Shown: positions 17,172-25,392, counted from the stretch's first letter. The stretch: DNA of 50,558 nucleotides from a virus (IMGVR_UViG_3300037360_000100:1-50558); one strand, 5' to 3'. Translations and numbers: made by a program. The notes: generated by a model not told the origin, from the letters alone.

Positions 17172-18151
17172 GGCGTCACCGGGCAATCTGCGTCAAAGTC
17201 GAGTTTTGGAAGGTCACTCAATGCAATCCACGCGTAGCCGCACACCGAGCCGATGCACCAGCCCCAGGTGTTACCCCAGCTGTTGTGTATCCAAACGGCG
17301 TCAACGGGCGCGATTTTGTGTGTAAGGTCAAGGATAGCGGCGTTCATGTCGTGCCCGCCTTCGACGTAGCCGGTCACCTGCAACTGGCCTGTAGCGCTGG
17401 GTGTCTGCATGCCGGACCAGAAATCGACGCCAATGTCGGCGGGGCCATTAGCGAGGCACGCTTCAAGCTGCGCAGTCGTGTCTGCGGTCGTGTAAGCGCC
17501 GGCCCAACCCTCGGTGGTCATCCAAGTTGCGACCGAAGCCGTTTGGCTGCCGTTGTCGTTCGCGCCAGTTGCCGGATTGAACGCGGCCGGGCAAGTTTTG
17601 CTTGTGCACGGGATGGTGCAGCCGTTGTCAATGCATGTGCCGCCCTGGTAGGCTAGACGTGCATCGGTCTCGTTGCAATGCGTGCTGCCCTTGAACGGCT
17701 GCGTACTGATTGTCATCACATGGGCGTTGCCTGTGCAGCTTCCCGTTTGGCCTTGGTCAAGCGTTGCACAGTTCGCTAGGTGCGTGGCCGAGCACAATTG
17801 AGTGGCCGCTTCGGCCGTAAACGCTGCGCGCCCCGGGTGCCTGTGGTGTCGCTTGCCTATCTTATGGTGGACGGCCTTCGCAGTTACGTTGGCCTTAGTT
17901 GGCAGCACAATCGAGGCGCAAACCGTGGTCGGTGCAGCGCTGGACCCGCCGGTCGCAACTTGCCCGCCCGTTGCCTTGGCCCCACCAGTCGATGCCCTGC
18001 CTCCGGTTGAGCTGCGGCCACCCGTTGCGGGTGCGCCACCAGTGCAGCTACACTTGCAAGGTTTTGCGGACATTTCTGTGCAGGGCGTGGCCTGCTGACT
18101 ACCGCACGCATGCGCACAAAGTATAGCGAACGCAGCTAGAAAGCGCTTCAC
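17168..18151 (-). CDS. Exported/lipoprotein papain-family (C1-like) cysteine peptidase
   Basis: DQGQTGSCTGNA (Gln/Cys), GGH (His), NSWG..WG (Asn). Start GTG 18151 with signal MKRFLAAFAILCAHAC; TGG-repeat linker. Confidence 0.85.
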   Translation of the reverse strand: MKRFLAAFAILCAHACGSQQATPCTEMSAKPCKCSCTGGAPATGGRSSTGGRASTGGAKATGGQVATGGSSAAPTTVCASIVLPTKANVTAKAVHHKIGKRHHRHPGRAAFTAEAATQLCSATHLANCATLDQGQTGSCTGNAHVMTISTQPFKGSTHCNETDARLAYQGGTCIDNGCTIPCTSKTCPAAFNPATGANDNGSQTASVATWMTTEGWAGAYTTADTTAQLEACLANGPADIGVDFWSGMQTPSATGQLQVTGYVEGGHDMNAAILDLTHKIAPVDAVWIHNSWGNTWGWCIGSVCGYAWIALSDLPKLDFDADCPVTP

Positions 18152-18360
18152 TTTCGCACCGTGGCCTGAACGCCTGCGGCTTGCAGTTGTGCCAGGGCGG
18201 CTACTTGCTCGGCCTGCGAACCGTAGCAAAAGGCTATCGTTTGGCCATTGACGGGAACATCCAAACAGTACGCAAAGCACTGGCCGGACTGGGCGGAAGG
18301 TGTACCAAAAATGCCGCAACCAACTAAGGCTAGGGCGACCAAAGAGCTTAGGAACTTCAT
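18148..18360 (-). CDS. Small lipoprotein
   Basis: MKFLSSLVALALVG|C lipobox; GTGA-coupled to the peptidase. Confidence 0.7.
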   Translation of the reverse strand: MKFLSSLVALALVGCGIFGTPSAQSGQCFAYCLDVPVNGQTIAFCYGSQAEQVAALAQLQAAGVQATVRK

Positions 18361-18392
18361 GCCCTAAGGTTAGCACCGGCTAACCTTAGGGC
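18361..18392. promoter_or_regulatory. Perfect 14-bp inverted repeat containing an extended -10 (TGCTAACCT) and abutting the lipoprotein ATG
   Basis: gccctaaggttagc-accg-gctaaccttagggc. Confidence 0.7.
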
Positions 18393-18403
18393 AAGTCGGG
18401 GGC

Positions 18404-18760
18404 CTAGATCTCGTCTACGCGCTCGGCCAGACTCTCAAGGTACCCGCTAGATCGCATCCTGTTGCATAAAGCAATGCGCTCTTTGAGCTTGGCGAAAGCT
18501 ACCCTATGCGCTTGGCTATCTGCCCGTTTGGATGCGCAGCACTCGGTCTTACCTACGCAGCATCTCGGCGCGTAGAACGGGAGCCCAATCACGCCCTTGG
18601 GGCGCTCGTCCAGACTATGTGGTGTGTAGTCAGCCACTGTAGCAACCACACCCACATGCACGTAGCGACCCCAGCATTTGCTGGGCATTTTGGCAACCGA
18701 GATGACTACGCTGTAGCTTTGGTCTGACGCTGGGTCTGAGTAGGTGTTTACACTTGACAT
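18404..18760 (-). CDS. Hypothetical protein
   Basis: 118 aa with purine-rich upstream sequence; no recognised motif. Confidence 0.6.
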   Translation of the reverse strand: MSSVNTYSDPASDQSYSVVISVAKMPSKCWGRYVHVGVVATVADYTPHSLDERPKGVIGLPFYAPRCCVGKTECCASKRADSQAHRVAFAKLKERIALCNRMRSSGYLESLAERVDEI

Positions 18761-19024
18761 TTGGGATTTTCTACTTTCTAGGAGCTCAGCTCCTGACTGT
18801 ATCTATTGCACCCCGTGTGCCAACGAAGCCCCTAGAAGTACGCGCGCTTCTAGGCTATTTTTGGCTCCTTTGGTCCGCCGCTCTGCGAAGCACTTTGCGC
18901 GGTCTGCGCAACTTCGTTCGCGCTCTGTGTAATCCTTTGCGCGTCGCAGAGCAGCCCACCGCGTCGCGGCGCGTTCCACTGCTCAAATGGCAAGGCTGCG
19001 ATTTTCACTGGACAGCCTGTGCCT

Positions 19025-21811
19025 TCAATGTTTTCCTGTTTTCTCATAGGCTTTCAATTCCTTGGACTTAGGACCGAGCTCAAATTTGAGCCCTATTTCG
19101 TTGCCTACAGGCCTAGATTCGAGCCAAGCCTTGCCTAGCTTGGTCGTCTGGCCCTCGCGGTGCGCAAATGGCGTACTGGTCTGCACACGAGACAGATCGT
19201 GCATCGTTTTCGCTTTGGACAGATCTACCTTTAGTCCTTTCTCTTGCATAAAACGTGTCATTTCTTGCTTGTAGCCCTCGAACTTCGAAGGATCACGCAA
19301 ACTGAAACCGAGACGCGGCCACTGGTACTGACCAGTCCAGGCTGCATCCGTGGTTATGCGAGAAACCACACCCGTCTGCTGGTAGGCTCTGAGTTGCTCA
19401 TCAAAAAGCTTAGAACCGAGCCCCTTGCCTTGAATTGACTCATGCAGCATCATTACGTCGTGGTTCACCTCGATTTCCTTGTGTCCGGACTCCCACGATG
19501 TATTGAACTGTCGCTTAAGGTGTAACAGTACGTTTCCGGCCTGGTCCTTGACCTTGGCCTCTAGGTGTATGCTGTCCGACGTTGTCGGGCGTGCAAGGTA
19601 TTCCACTGTGTGCGCTCCTGGTATGTCCAGCTTGTGCACATTAAGCAGGCCCTGTATGTGCTCCGCGTCCAAGTGGTGACCGAAGATGCCTTGTGCGGCT
19701 GCCTGAAACTTGTCGTGGCTGGTGTAGTTGATACCGTTCGCGCTCATGCGCTCGCCTAATCCGGCGCCTTCAGTGAACTGGCCCTTTTCGTCGCGCGGAT
19801 GCTTTGACTCATCGAAATCCCCGCCGTCAAATTCCTGTGTTGGCAAATCGTCGGTCGCGTCGTCGAATTCCTCTAGGACTGGTATTGCAATGCAGCGACA
19901 CTGGAAATCTTGGCCAGGGTGATTTGTCGCGCCAGTGCGCTCACACGTAACCGGCGGATCGTCCCATCGGTGCACGGTGTTGTTCAAGATCTCGTGGTTT
20001 GGGTAGCCTCGGTCCTTGGGGTCGTTTCGCACGCTACCGTCGTTCGACGTGCTCCAGCGGTATCGGTCAACGCCTGCAGCCGTTTGTGCAGCCTGGTTCA
20101 TGCGCCCATTGAGTTTTAGGGTCTGGTCTCTGGCGATTAACTCGGCACGGGCTCGGGTTACCCCGAAAGTGTCCTCGAGGGCCGTGGCCATTTCCTCGAC
20201 CCGTGTCCCGTCGTAGTCCTCCAGGAGGTCGCCAATTCTGTCGCGCATCTCGTCGGATAGGTTCGTTATCAAATCGACGTTCTCGTTGCGCCAGGCTGCG
20301 ATTTCAGAGCCTAGAAATAGGTCTGTGTTCGCGAGCCCGGGCATGTACCTGGGCACGTCGTGCTCCACGTGCGAGCGCACAGTTCCGCCGACCTGGCTCA
20401 GGGGTACCCGATCCGCTGCTTCGCGCAACGGGGTCGTAATGCCCTGTAGGACCTTGCTGGCAAGGGCATCAAGACGGGCACCGTCTGCGCGTTGATAGCT
20501 TCCGCCGGGCTCGAAAATGTCTCGCGTTGCGTTAATTCCTAGCTCGTTGTGCTCGTGTGTAATGCGAAACCTACCAGGATTTTCCTTGTCCTTTTTGAAG
20601 TGCGCTCCTTGGTAGTCAAAGCCCGGGTGCTCGGTTGCGTGCTCGCTGATAGCAGCATACATGCGCTCTTTGGCTTCGCCCTCACGCGTTAGCTGGTCCG
20701 CACTCTTGAACTCATATGTATCGCGCTCTCCAGGCTTGTCCGTGAATCTGTGCGTCACACCCGCTGGCGTGGTCCACTCATACGCGCGAGGCTTAAGCGG
20801 CTTCCCCGAAGCGCTCACGCCGGCTCGGCTGACATCGCCTCCACCCGTCCAGCGACCATTCTCGTCTCGTGGCTCGTCGGGGTCAAAGGCGTCCTTCCGT
20901 GCGCCTTCTTCTACGTGTACCAAGGTCACAAGACCGTGCCTAGGGTGCTGTATATGCTCTATTCTGGTTATTTGCAGCTTCGCACTTCGTGGGACTAGTA
21001 CATCACGCTCAAAGCCGTGACCTCCCGGGAGCGGCATACCTCTGAGATTGCCTTTGAGCAGAACCGGGACGGTACCCTCTTTCTTAACTAGTGTGCCGGC
21101 TGCGTAGTGCGCAGCCGTTGCGGCTGAAGTTGAGAATGAGCTTGTTGACTGTAGTGCAAAGTTTTCTCCCACTTTCAGCTTGAGTGCATCTTCACTTTTT
21201 AGCTGCATTCCACGGAATAGCGTAATTGGCTGAGCGCCCTTTGACTCGCGCTCGACCATTTCTCGCACCACTTTTGAGTGTTCTGTGTCCTTGCCTTCAG
21301 CTTCTGCCTTAACTATTGTGTGGTAGTTGTGCAGGTACTGATAAGCCGCGTCCTTCTCAGCCGGAGTTACTTTAGCGTTAATTCGAGCCAGCGCCTGCTC
21401 TCTAAGCGCCTCGTGCTCCAACGTGCCTTGGTCTACGTCCAGTGCTTCACTCTCTTTTGTGCTTTCATAAATGCTTGACTTAACCTCTGGCTGAAATACA
21501 CCGAAAAGATCATTGCTTCCAGCCCACGGATCTGGTGCATTCAGAAAGTCGCTTGAACTGCTGCCAGTCCAGCGTCCCTGCTCGTCCCTCGGCTCGTCCG
21601 GGTCGAACCCGTCGTGCTTTGCCGCAAGCTCCGCCAGTTTCGGGTACGTCTCAGCAATAGCGCCCATGACGATAGTCTTGAACTCTGCTGCCCATCCACG
21701 CATTGCTCCGAGGTAGAGTCGCTCGGCCTCGTTCGGTGGCTTCGGGCGCTTGGCAAGCTTGCGCCCAAAGAGCTTTTTCCTTACCTCGGCCAGCCTAGAG
21801 TGCGTGATCAA
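19025..21811 (-). CDS. MuF / SPP1 gp7-like minor head protein fused to ADP-ribosyltransferase-like, unknown and GNAT-like cassettes
   Basis: MuF core: RAELIARDQT.K.N, Y.WST..D..VR..H, W.DPP, HPGQDFQCRC.A.P. ART: LFRG, SFSTS, FERDVLVPR. GNAT: QGKGLGSKL...W.RLGF. Confidence 0.88.
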   Translation of the reverse strand: MITHSRLAEVRKKLFGRKLAKRPKPPNEAERLYLGAMRGWAAEFKTIVMGAIAETYPKLAELAAKHDGFDPDEPRDEQGRWTGSSSSDFLNAPDPWAGSNDLFGVFQPEVKSSIYESTKESEALDVDQGTLEHEALREQALARINAKVTPAEKDAAYQYLHNYHTIVKAEAEGKDTEHSKVVREMVERESKGAQPITLFRGMQLKSEDALKLKVGENFALQSTSSFSTSAATAAHYAAGTLVKKEGTVPVLLKGNLRGMPLPGGHGFERDVLVPRSAKLQITRIEHIQHPRHGLVTLVHVEEGARKDAFDPDEPRDENGRWTGGGDVSRAGVSASGKPLKPRAYEWTTPAGVTHRFTDKPGERDTYEFKSADQLTREGEAKERMYAAISEHATEHPGFDYQGAHFKKDKENPGRFRITHEHNELGINATRDIFEPGGSYQRADGARLDALASKVLQGITTPLREAADRVPLSQVGGTVRSHVEHDVPRYMPGLANTDLFLGSEIAAWRNENVDLITNLSDEMRDRIGDLLEDYDGTRVEEMATALEDTFGVTRARAELIARDQTLKLNGRMNQAAQTAAGVDRYRWSTSNDGSVRNDPKDRGYPNHEILNNTVHRWDDPPVTCERTGATNHPGQDFQCRCIAIPVLEEFDDATDDLPTQEFDGGDFDESKHPRDEKGQFTEGAGLGERMSANGINYTSHDKFQAAAQGIFGHHLDAEHIQGLLNVHKLDIPGAHTVEYLARPTTSDSIHLEAKVKDQAGNVLLHLKRQFNTSWESGHKEIEVNHDVMMLHESIQGKGLGSKLFDEQLRAYQQTGVVSRITTDAAWTGQYQWPRLGFSLRDPSKFEGYKQEMTRFMQEKGLKVDLSKAKTMHDLSRVQTSTPFAHREGQTTKLGKAWLESRPVGNEIGLKFELGPKSKELKAYEKTGKH

Positions 21812-21984
21812 AATACACCAGCCGCGCGCACCTTAGTGCGAGCCCAAGAGCAGAAGGCCTCTATTTCCGCGCGTTCGACCTTATAGCGCACTCGCTCTAG
21901 GTCGTTGCAGCAAAACTCGTATTCAAGCGCGTCTACATTTGAAAGCATGCTCTCTTCGAGTGCGTCGATTTGTTCGCGTGTCAC
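21808..21984 (-). CDS. Hypothetical 58-aa protein (not in ORF track)
   Basis: GTG 21984 overlaps the glycosyltransferase stop, and its TGA overlaps the MuF TTG start: MTREQIDALEESML...AAGVF. Confidence 0.6.
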   Translation of the reverse strand: MTREQIDALEESMLSNVDALEYEFCCNDLERVRYKVERAEIEAFCSWARTKVRAAGVF

Positions 21985-22868
21985 TTGTACTTGTCCCTTT
22001 CAATAAACAGACCCGCTGTCGGGCACGGAATCCGGTCCGCAACGGCGGCCCAGTCTGAGCTTTGCAGCATGCGTGCCAGGTGGCGTGCGGGTTCGGCCCG
22101 GCCTCGGTTCAACTGATGCGCTTCATGATAGAAGTAGGCCGCATGCGTAATGTTATCCAAACGCTCGTGGCACATACCCTCGCGCATGGTCGCGTACCAG
22201 ACCTCTTCAGACCAGCCGCCCAGAACTGTGCGCAATGTATACAGGTCTAGGGCACGTGCGTAATTCCCTGCCGCGTAATGATTTTGCGCTGCGTAGAACA
22301 CTACGCGTGGATCGTCCGGATGGTCCACAAGGTCAAGGTCTGAAAGACGTGCGTAGCGGAGCCACTTGGCTTGGCTTTGGTCTCCGAGGTCTGAGAAAAC
22401 CTCCACACAGTCGAGAGACCCCACGGACCCGCCACCCTCGGCCGTCTCGTGCACGCGGTACTTCCACACCCAAGGCGCCCGCGCGCGGAAGATGCGCGTG
22501 CTCTTGAACGCACACGAGCCGTAACTTACGGGCACTTGGTACGCGTCCGCGGTCAGCTTGGGCAAAGGTCCGTCCGTGCCGATTTGCTCGCCCGCGTCCA
22601 AGTGTAGAAGGTACTGGTTCGACGCCTGGCACACGTACGCGCGCGCCGCGTCAAATGCGAAGTTGCGTGCGTCCGCGAAACTGTCTGTCCAGGGATAACG
22701 GACAACCTGCCCGGGTAGACACCCGACGGCCGTGCGCACGAATTCAATCGTGTCATCGGTTGAGCCTGTGTCGCAAATGGTGTAGCTGTCCACAAGGGGC
22801 AGCGCACTCTCAATTGTGCGCTGAATGCGGGCGCTTTCATTCCGGGATAAGACGACTAGGTGCATCAT
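21981..22868 (-). CDS. GT2-family glycosyltransferase with TPR repeats
   Basis: RNE...I.R.IES, DTGSTDDT, FA.ARN, LDA.E, RVHE, then TPR-like FY.AQ.H ... RAEP. Confidence 0.85.
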   Translation of the reverse strand: MMHLVVLSRNESARIQRTIESALPLVDSYTICDTGSTDDTIEFVRTAVGCLPGQVVRYPWTDSFADARNFAFDAARAYVCQASNQYLLHLDAGEQIGTDGPLPKLTADAYQVPVSYGSCAFKSTRIFRARAPWVWKYRVHETAEGGGSVGSLDCVEVFSDLGDQSQAKWLRYARLSDLDLVDHPDDPRVVFYAAQNHYAAGNYARALDLYTLRTVLGGWSEEVWYATMREGMCHERLDNITHAAYFYHEAHQLNRGRAEPARHLARMLQSSDWAAVADRIPCPTAGLFIERDKYK

Positions 22869-22896
22869 TCGAAATCGTCGGGTGCGTCGTTCAACT

Positions 22897-24417
22897 TCAT
22901 GTTCTTTTCTCTGCAGGTTTGGTGCCAAACGCCGGGTTTTCGGAGACCTCGGGCTGTGTAATCCCTCTCACGTCCTTGGGCTCGGGTGTGTTGCCTACGT
23001 CGCCTGCTTCGATCGAGCCGGGCGCGGAGCCCTCGGCTAGGTTGCGCATAACGTCCGCCAAAAGTTTCTCCCTGGTCTTAAGGTCCACCTTCCACGCGTC
23101 GGACCACGTGTCTTGGTCCGTGAAGCGACTGATGGCTACTTCCTCGGGCGTGAGAACCTGCGCGTCAATGTAGGTCTTGTCCGCCGTAGCCATTGTGCTG
23201 ATTTCTTGGGCGCGCTCCAAGGCAGAAGGCGTGTACAGGGGCTCGAACGTGACCACAACATCGGCGCAAAAGGCCTCTAAGCCCTCGACCTTCAAGACGA
23301 TTTTGGCCAGTTCTGCAATCCGCGGCCCGACCACGTTGATCTGATAGCTCTTCGTTTTATCCCAGAACCACCTCAGTGAAGCATCGCCCGTGCTGAAACC
23401 GGCTGGGTCTTGGCCAAAAAGGACCATCATTGGGATCTGCGCAGTCGCTGAAATGCGGAATGCAGCCTGTGAGAGCAGGTCTGGAATCCCCGCGAGCTGC
23501 ATCGGCTGGCGTTCGAAAGTCTCATCCTTATCTATCACAATCGCGCGCAGCATTGACCGATAAAAGTCAATCATTTGCAAGCGGGTCGTAAGCGCCTCGC
23601 CCTGGCCAGCCATGAGCTTGTCCGCAAAACCGTTCACTGTGTAGACGGCCTGAGGGCCCTCCACAATCAGAAGCTCCACGCCCTTCCACAGGGTCTCATA
23701 CATGCGCAGCTGGGGCCAGCACTTGTCCAAGATGCTGTAGTCGTATGACGCGTTCATGTTTTTTTCGCGCTGGGCCGTTCTCGCACCCGGCCAGCCAATC
23801 ATTCTAGATTCGTGAATCTCGTATGCGCCTTGGGACACACCCACCCACGTTTGCGAGAGCACGTACTTAGAGGGCTTGCCCGCCTTGGGCCCACTGTCGT
23901 ACCAGGTCATAGGCCACATAAATCGGCGGTCAACCACCTGAAGCCAGTCCAAGGACTTGGTCCGATCGAAGTCCAAGGGCTCGGACGCGTTTTGGCCATC
24001 ATCGGCCCCGAGCACGGACCAGCCGCCGCCAAACAGGCGACCCCAAACGCACCCAAGTAGCAGGTTCTCGCGCGCGTTTATTTCCTCGAACTTGCGTTCG
24101 ATTAGCTTGTCGGCTTTCTCGTTGCCCGTAGTGACCTTGTAGGGTAGACGGAATGCCTCATCAGCTTGCACGTCTATGATACGCGCAGCCAAGTCCGAGC
24201 CGTGATAGAGGTTGCTCAGGGATATGAGGTCAACAGGGGAATAGCCCCTGAACACACCATAGGAGGTCTTGTCACGCATGGTGCCCATGCCGGTGACGTC
24301 GTTTGACCACCCGACCCCAGGCCGCCCCGGGTTTGTTGAGTAGTTGCGCGTATCAAACCCCTGAAAGCCTGTGAGGCTGTCCAGGTGTGTGCTAACGGTT
24401 CCAAGGTATCCAGTCAT
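22897..24417 (-). CDS. Portal protein (DUF1073-like)
   Basis: W.N..TG.GT.RDK, LY....LA.RIID..A, WGRLFGG, IHESR, IP...LFGQ.P.G.STG, F.PL.TPS..E.A. Start set at ATG 24417 because a promoter lies at 24539-24566. Confidence 0.9.
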   Translation of the reverse strand: MTGYLGTVSTHLDSLTGFQGFDTRNYSTNPGRPGVGWSNDVTGMGTMRDKTSYGVFRGYSPVDLISLSNLYHGSDLAARIIDVQADEAFRLPYKVTTGNEKADKLIERKFEEINARENLLLGCVWGRLFGGGWSVLGADDGQNASEPLDFDRTKSLDWLQVVDRRFMWPMTWYDSGPKAGKPSKYVLSQTWVGVSQGAYEIHESRMIGWPGARTAQREKNMNASYDYSILDKCWPQLRMYETLWKGVELLIVEGPQAVYTVNGFADKLMAGQGEALTTRLQMIDFYRSMLRAIVIDKDETFERQPMQLAGIPDLLSQAAFRISATAQIPMMVLFGQDPAGFSTGDASLRWFWDKTKSYQINVVGPRIAELAKIVLKVEGLEAFCADVVVTFEPLYTPSALERAQEISTMATADKTYIDAQVLTPEEVAISRFTDQDTWSDAWKVDLKTREKLLADVMRNLAEGSAPGSIEAGDVGNTPEPKDVRGITQPEVSENPAFGTKPAEKRT

Positions 24418-24538
24418 ATTAGGTCGTGCGGCCGCCGGAAGTGTTTTAGCCGAGGTTACGTCCGGCCCTGAATTCGCCGGTTTGCTGGGCGGCGAACACT
24501 GGTCCGGAAAGGCTTGCTTGACGTAACGGCACGTCCTA

Positions 24539-24566
24539 AGTGTAGCGAACCTACGGCCTAAGTCAA
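24539..24566 (-). promoter_or_regulatory. Sigma70-type promoter upstream of the portal gene
   Basis: TTGACT-N16-TACACT. Confidence 0.55.
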
Positions 24567-24811
24567 GATAGGCATGGGTCAAACTCGATTCTAAACCATC
24601 CGACGTCAAGCATGGGTGGGTCGGGTGCGGCCGAACCATCAAGCATTTGCACTGGGCTTGCCTTGCCTGTGACCCATTCCCAGGGCCCGAACGTGCCCGC
24701 GTAGCGCGCAGGCAAGCGCATTAGAGGGAAACCGCACGCGAGATCGGCGCGCGTGGGCTGATACAGCTCGCCGATCGTCTGCCTGAATTCGATTACGTCT
24801 TGGAAGTTCAC
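24563..24811 (-). CDS. Hypothetical protein
   Basis: AAAGGA RBS, GTGA overlap with the upstream ORF. Confidence 0.55.
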   Translation of the reverse strand: MNFQDVIEFRQTIGELYQPTRADLACGFPLMRLPARYAGTFGPWEWVTGKASPVQMLDGSAAPDPPMLDVGWFRIEFDPCLS

Positions 24812-24942
24812 TTCTGATTCCTTTCACAAACCCAAACGCGAGCTCCACACCAGGCCTTATAGTACCAACCAGCCTCATCCGCGCGTGCGGTGCGAAGGCC
24901 TAGGTATTGGAGCTCACTGAGAAGGGCTTTGATTTGGAACAT
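24808..24942 (-). CDS. Hypothetical 44-aa protein (not in ORF track)
   Basis: MFQIKALLSELQYLGLRTARADEAGWYYKAWCGARVWVCERNQK; stop overlaps the next start. Confidence 0.45.
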   Translation of the reverse strand: MFQIKALLSELQYLGLRTARADEAGWYYKAWCGARVWVCERNQK

Positions 24943-24972
24943 GCTAGTATTAACGGACGTCACGGGGAAAGC

Positions 24973-25134
24973 TTAAGAGTAAATTCGAGTCCAAGCCACC
25001 ATTTTTCGGTCTTCAAGGCGCAGGAAATCCGCGAGGTCTGTGCGCAACCAAGCGCGCATGTGTGTGCGTGCGCCTTCTGGGTCGAGGCCTTTTTCGAGGG
25101 CGACCTGGGCGGCAAGTTCGATTAGCCAGGTCAT
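24973..25134 (-). CDS. Hypothetical protein
   Basis: MTWLIELAAQ...; ATGA-coupled to a 26-aa hydrophobic ORF (25131..25211). Confidence 0.5.
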   Translation of the reverse strand: MTWLIELAAQVALEKGLDPEGARTHMRAWLRTDLADFLRLEDRKMVAWTRIYS

Positions 25135-25210
25135 TGGAATAACCTCAGCACGATCCAGAGTGCTAGGCCTTGGCATACCATGTAGGTGACGAAGTTGATC
25201 AGAATTGACA

Positions 25211-25351
25211 TTAAGCTGCCCTCCGAATAAATACGCTATAGACCAGTGCGGTATTGTACTGCTTGCGGGCGTAGGTGAGGGCGTTGCTGAAGTTGGCGAA
25301 CAGCTGTTCGTTTTGTAGTCCGGTGGTTGTGGTGATTGTTACCTTGAACAT
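25211..25351 (-). CDS. Hypothetical 46-aa protein (not in ORF track)
   Basis: AAGGA RBS; MFKVTITTTTGLQNEQLF...; TAATG coupling to the next ORF. Confidence 0.5.
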   Translation of the reverse strand: MFKVTITTTTGLQNEQLFANFSNALTYARKQYNTALVYSVFIRRAA

Positions 25352-25392
25352 AGTAGTTCTTTCCTTGCACGAAGCGTGCGCGTCTAGAAGCT

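Noticed and set aside
174-24142. Numerous plus-strand ORFs across the structural region
   Set aside because: Antisense shadows expected in GC-rich DNA; the minus strand is fully tiled by coupled genes with recognisable motifs.
22897-24417. Anti-CBASS Acb1 (a label often attached to DUF1073 proteins)
   Set aside because: Size, motifs and position fit a portal; I see no paired HxT/S phosphoesterase motifs or extra domain.
24418-24878. Portal N-terminal extension to 24642 and ORF 24639..24878
   Set aside because: They overlap better-supported coupled ORFs (24808..24942, 24563..24811) and a promoter at 24539-24566.
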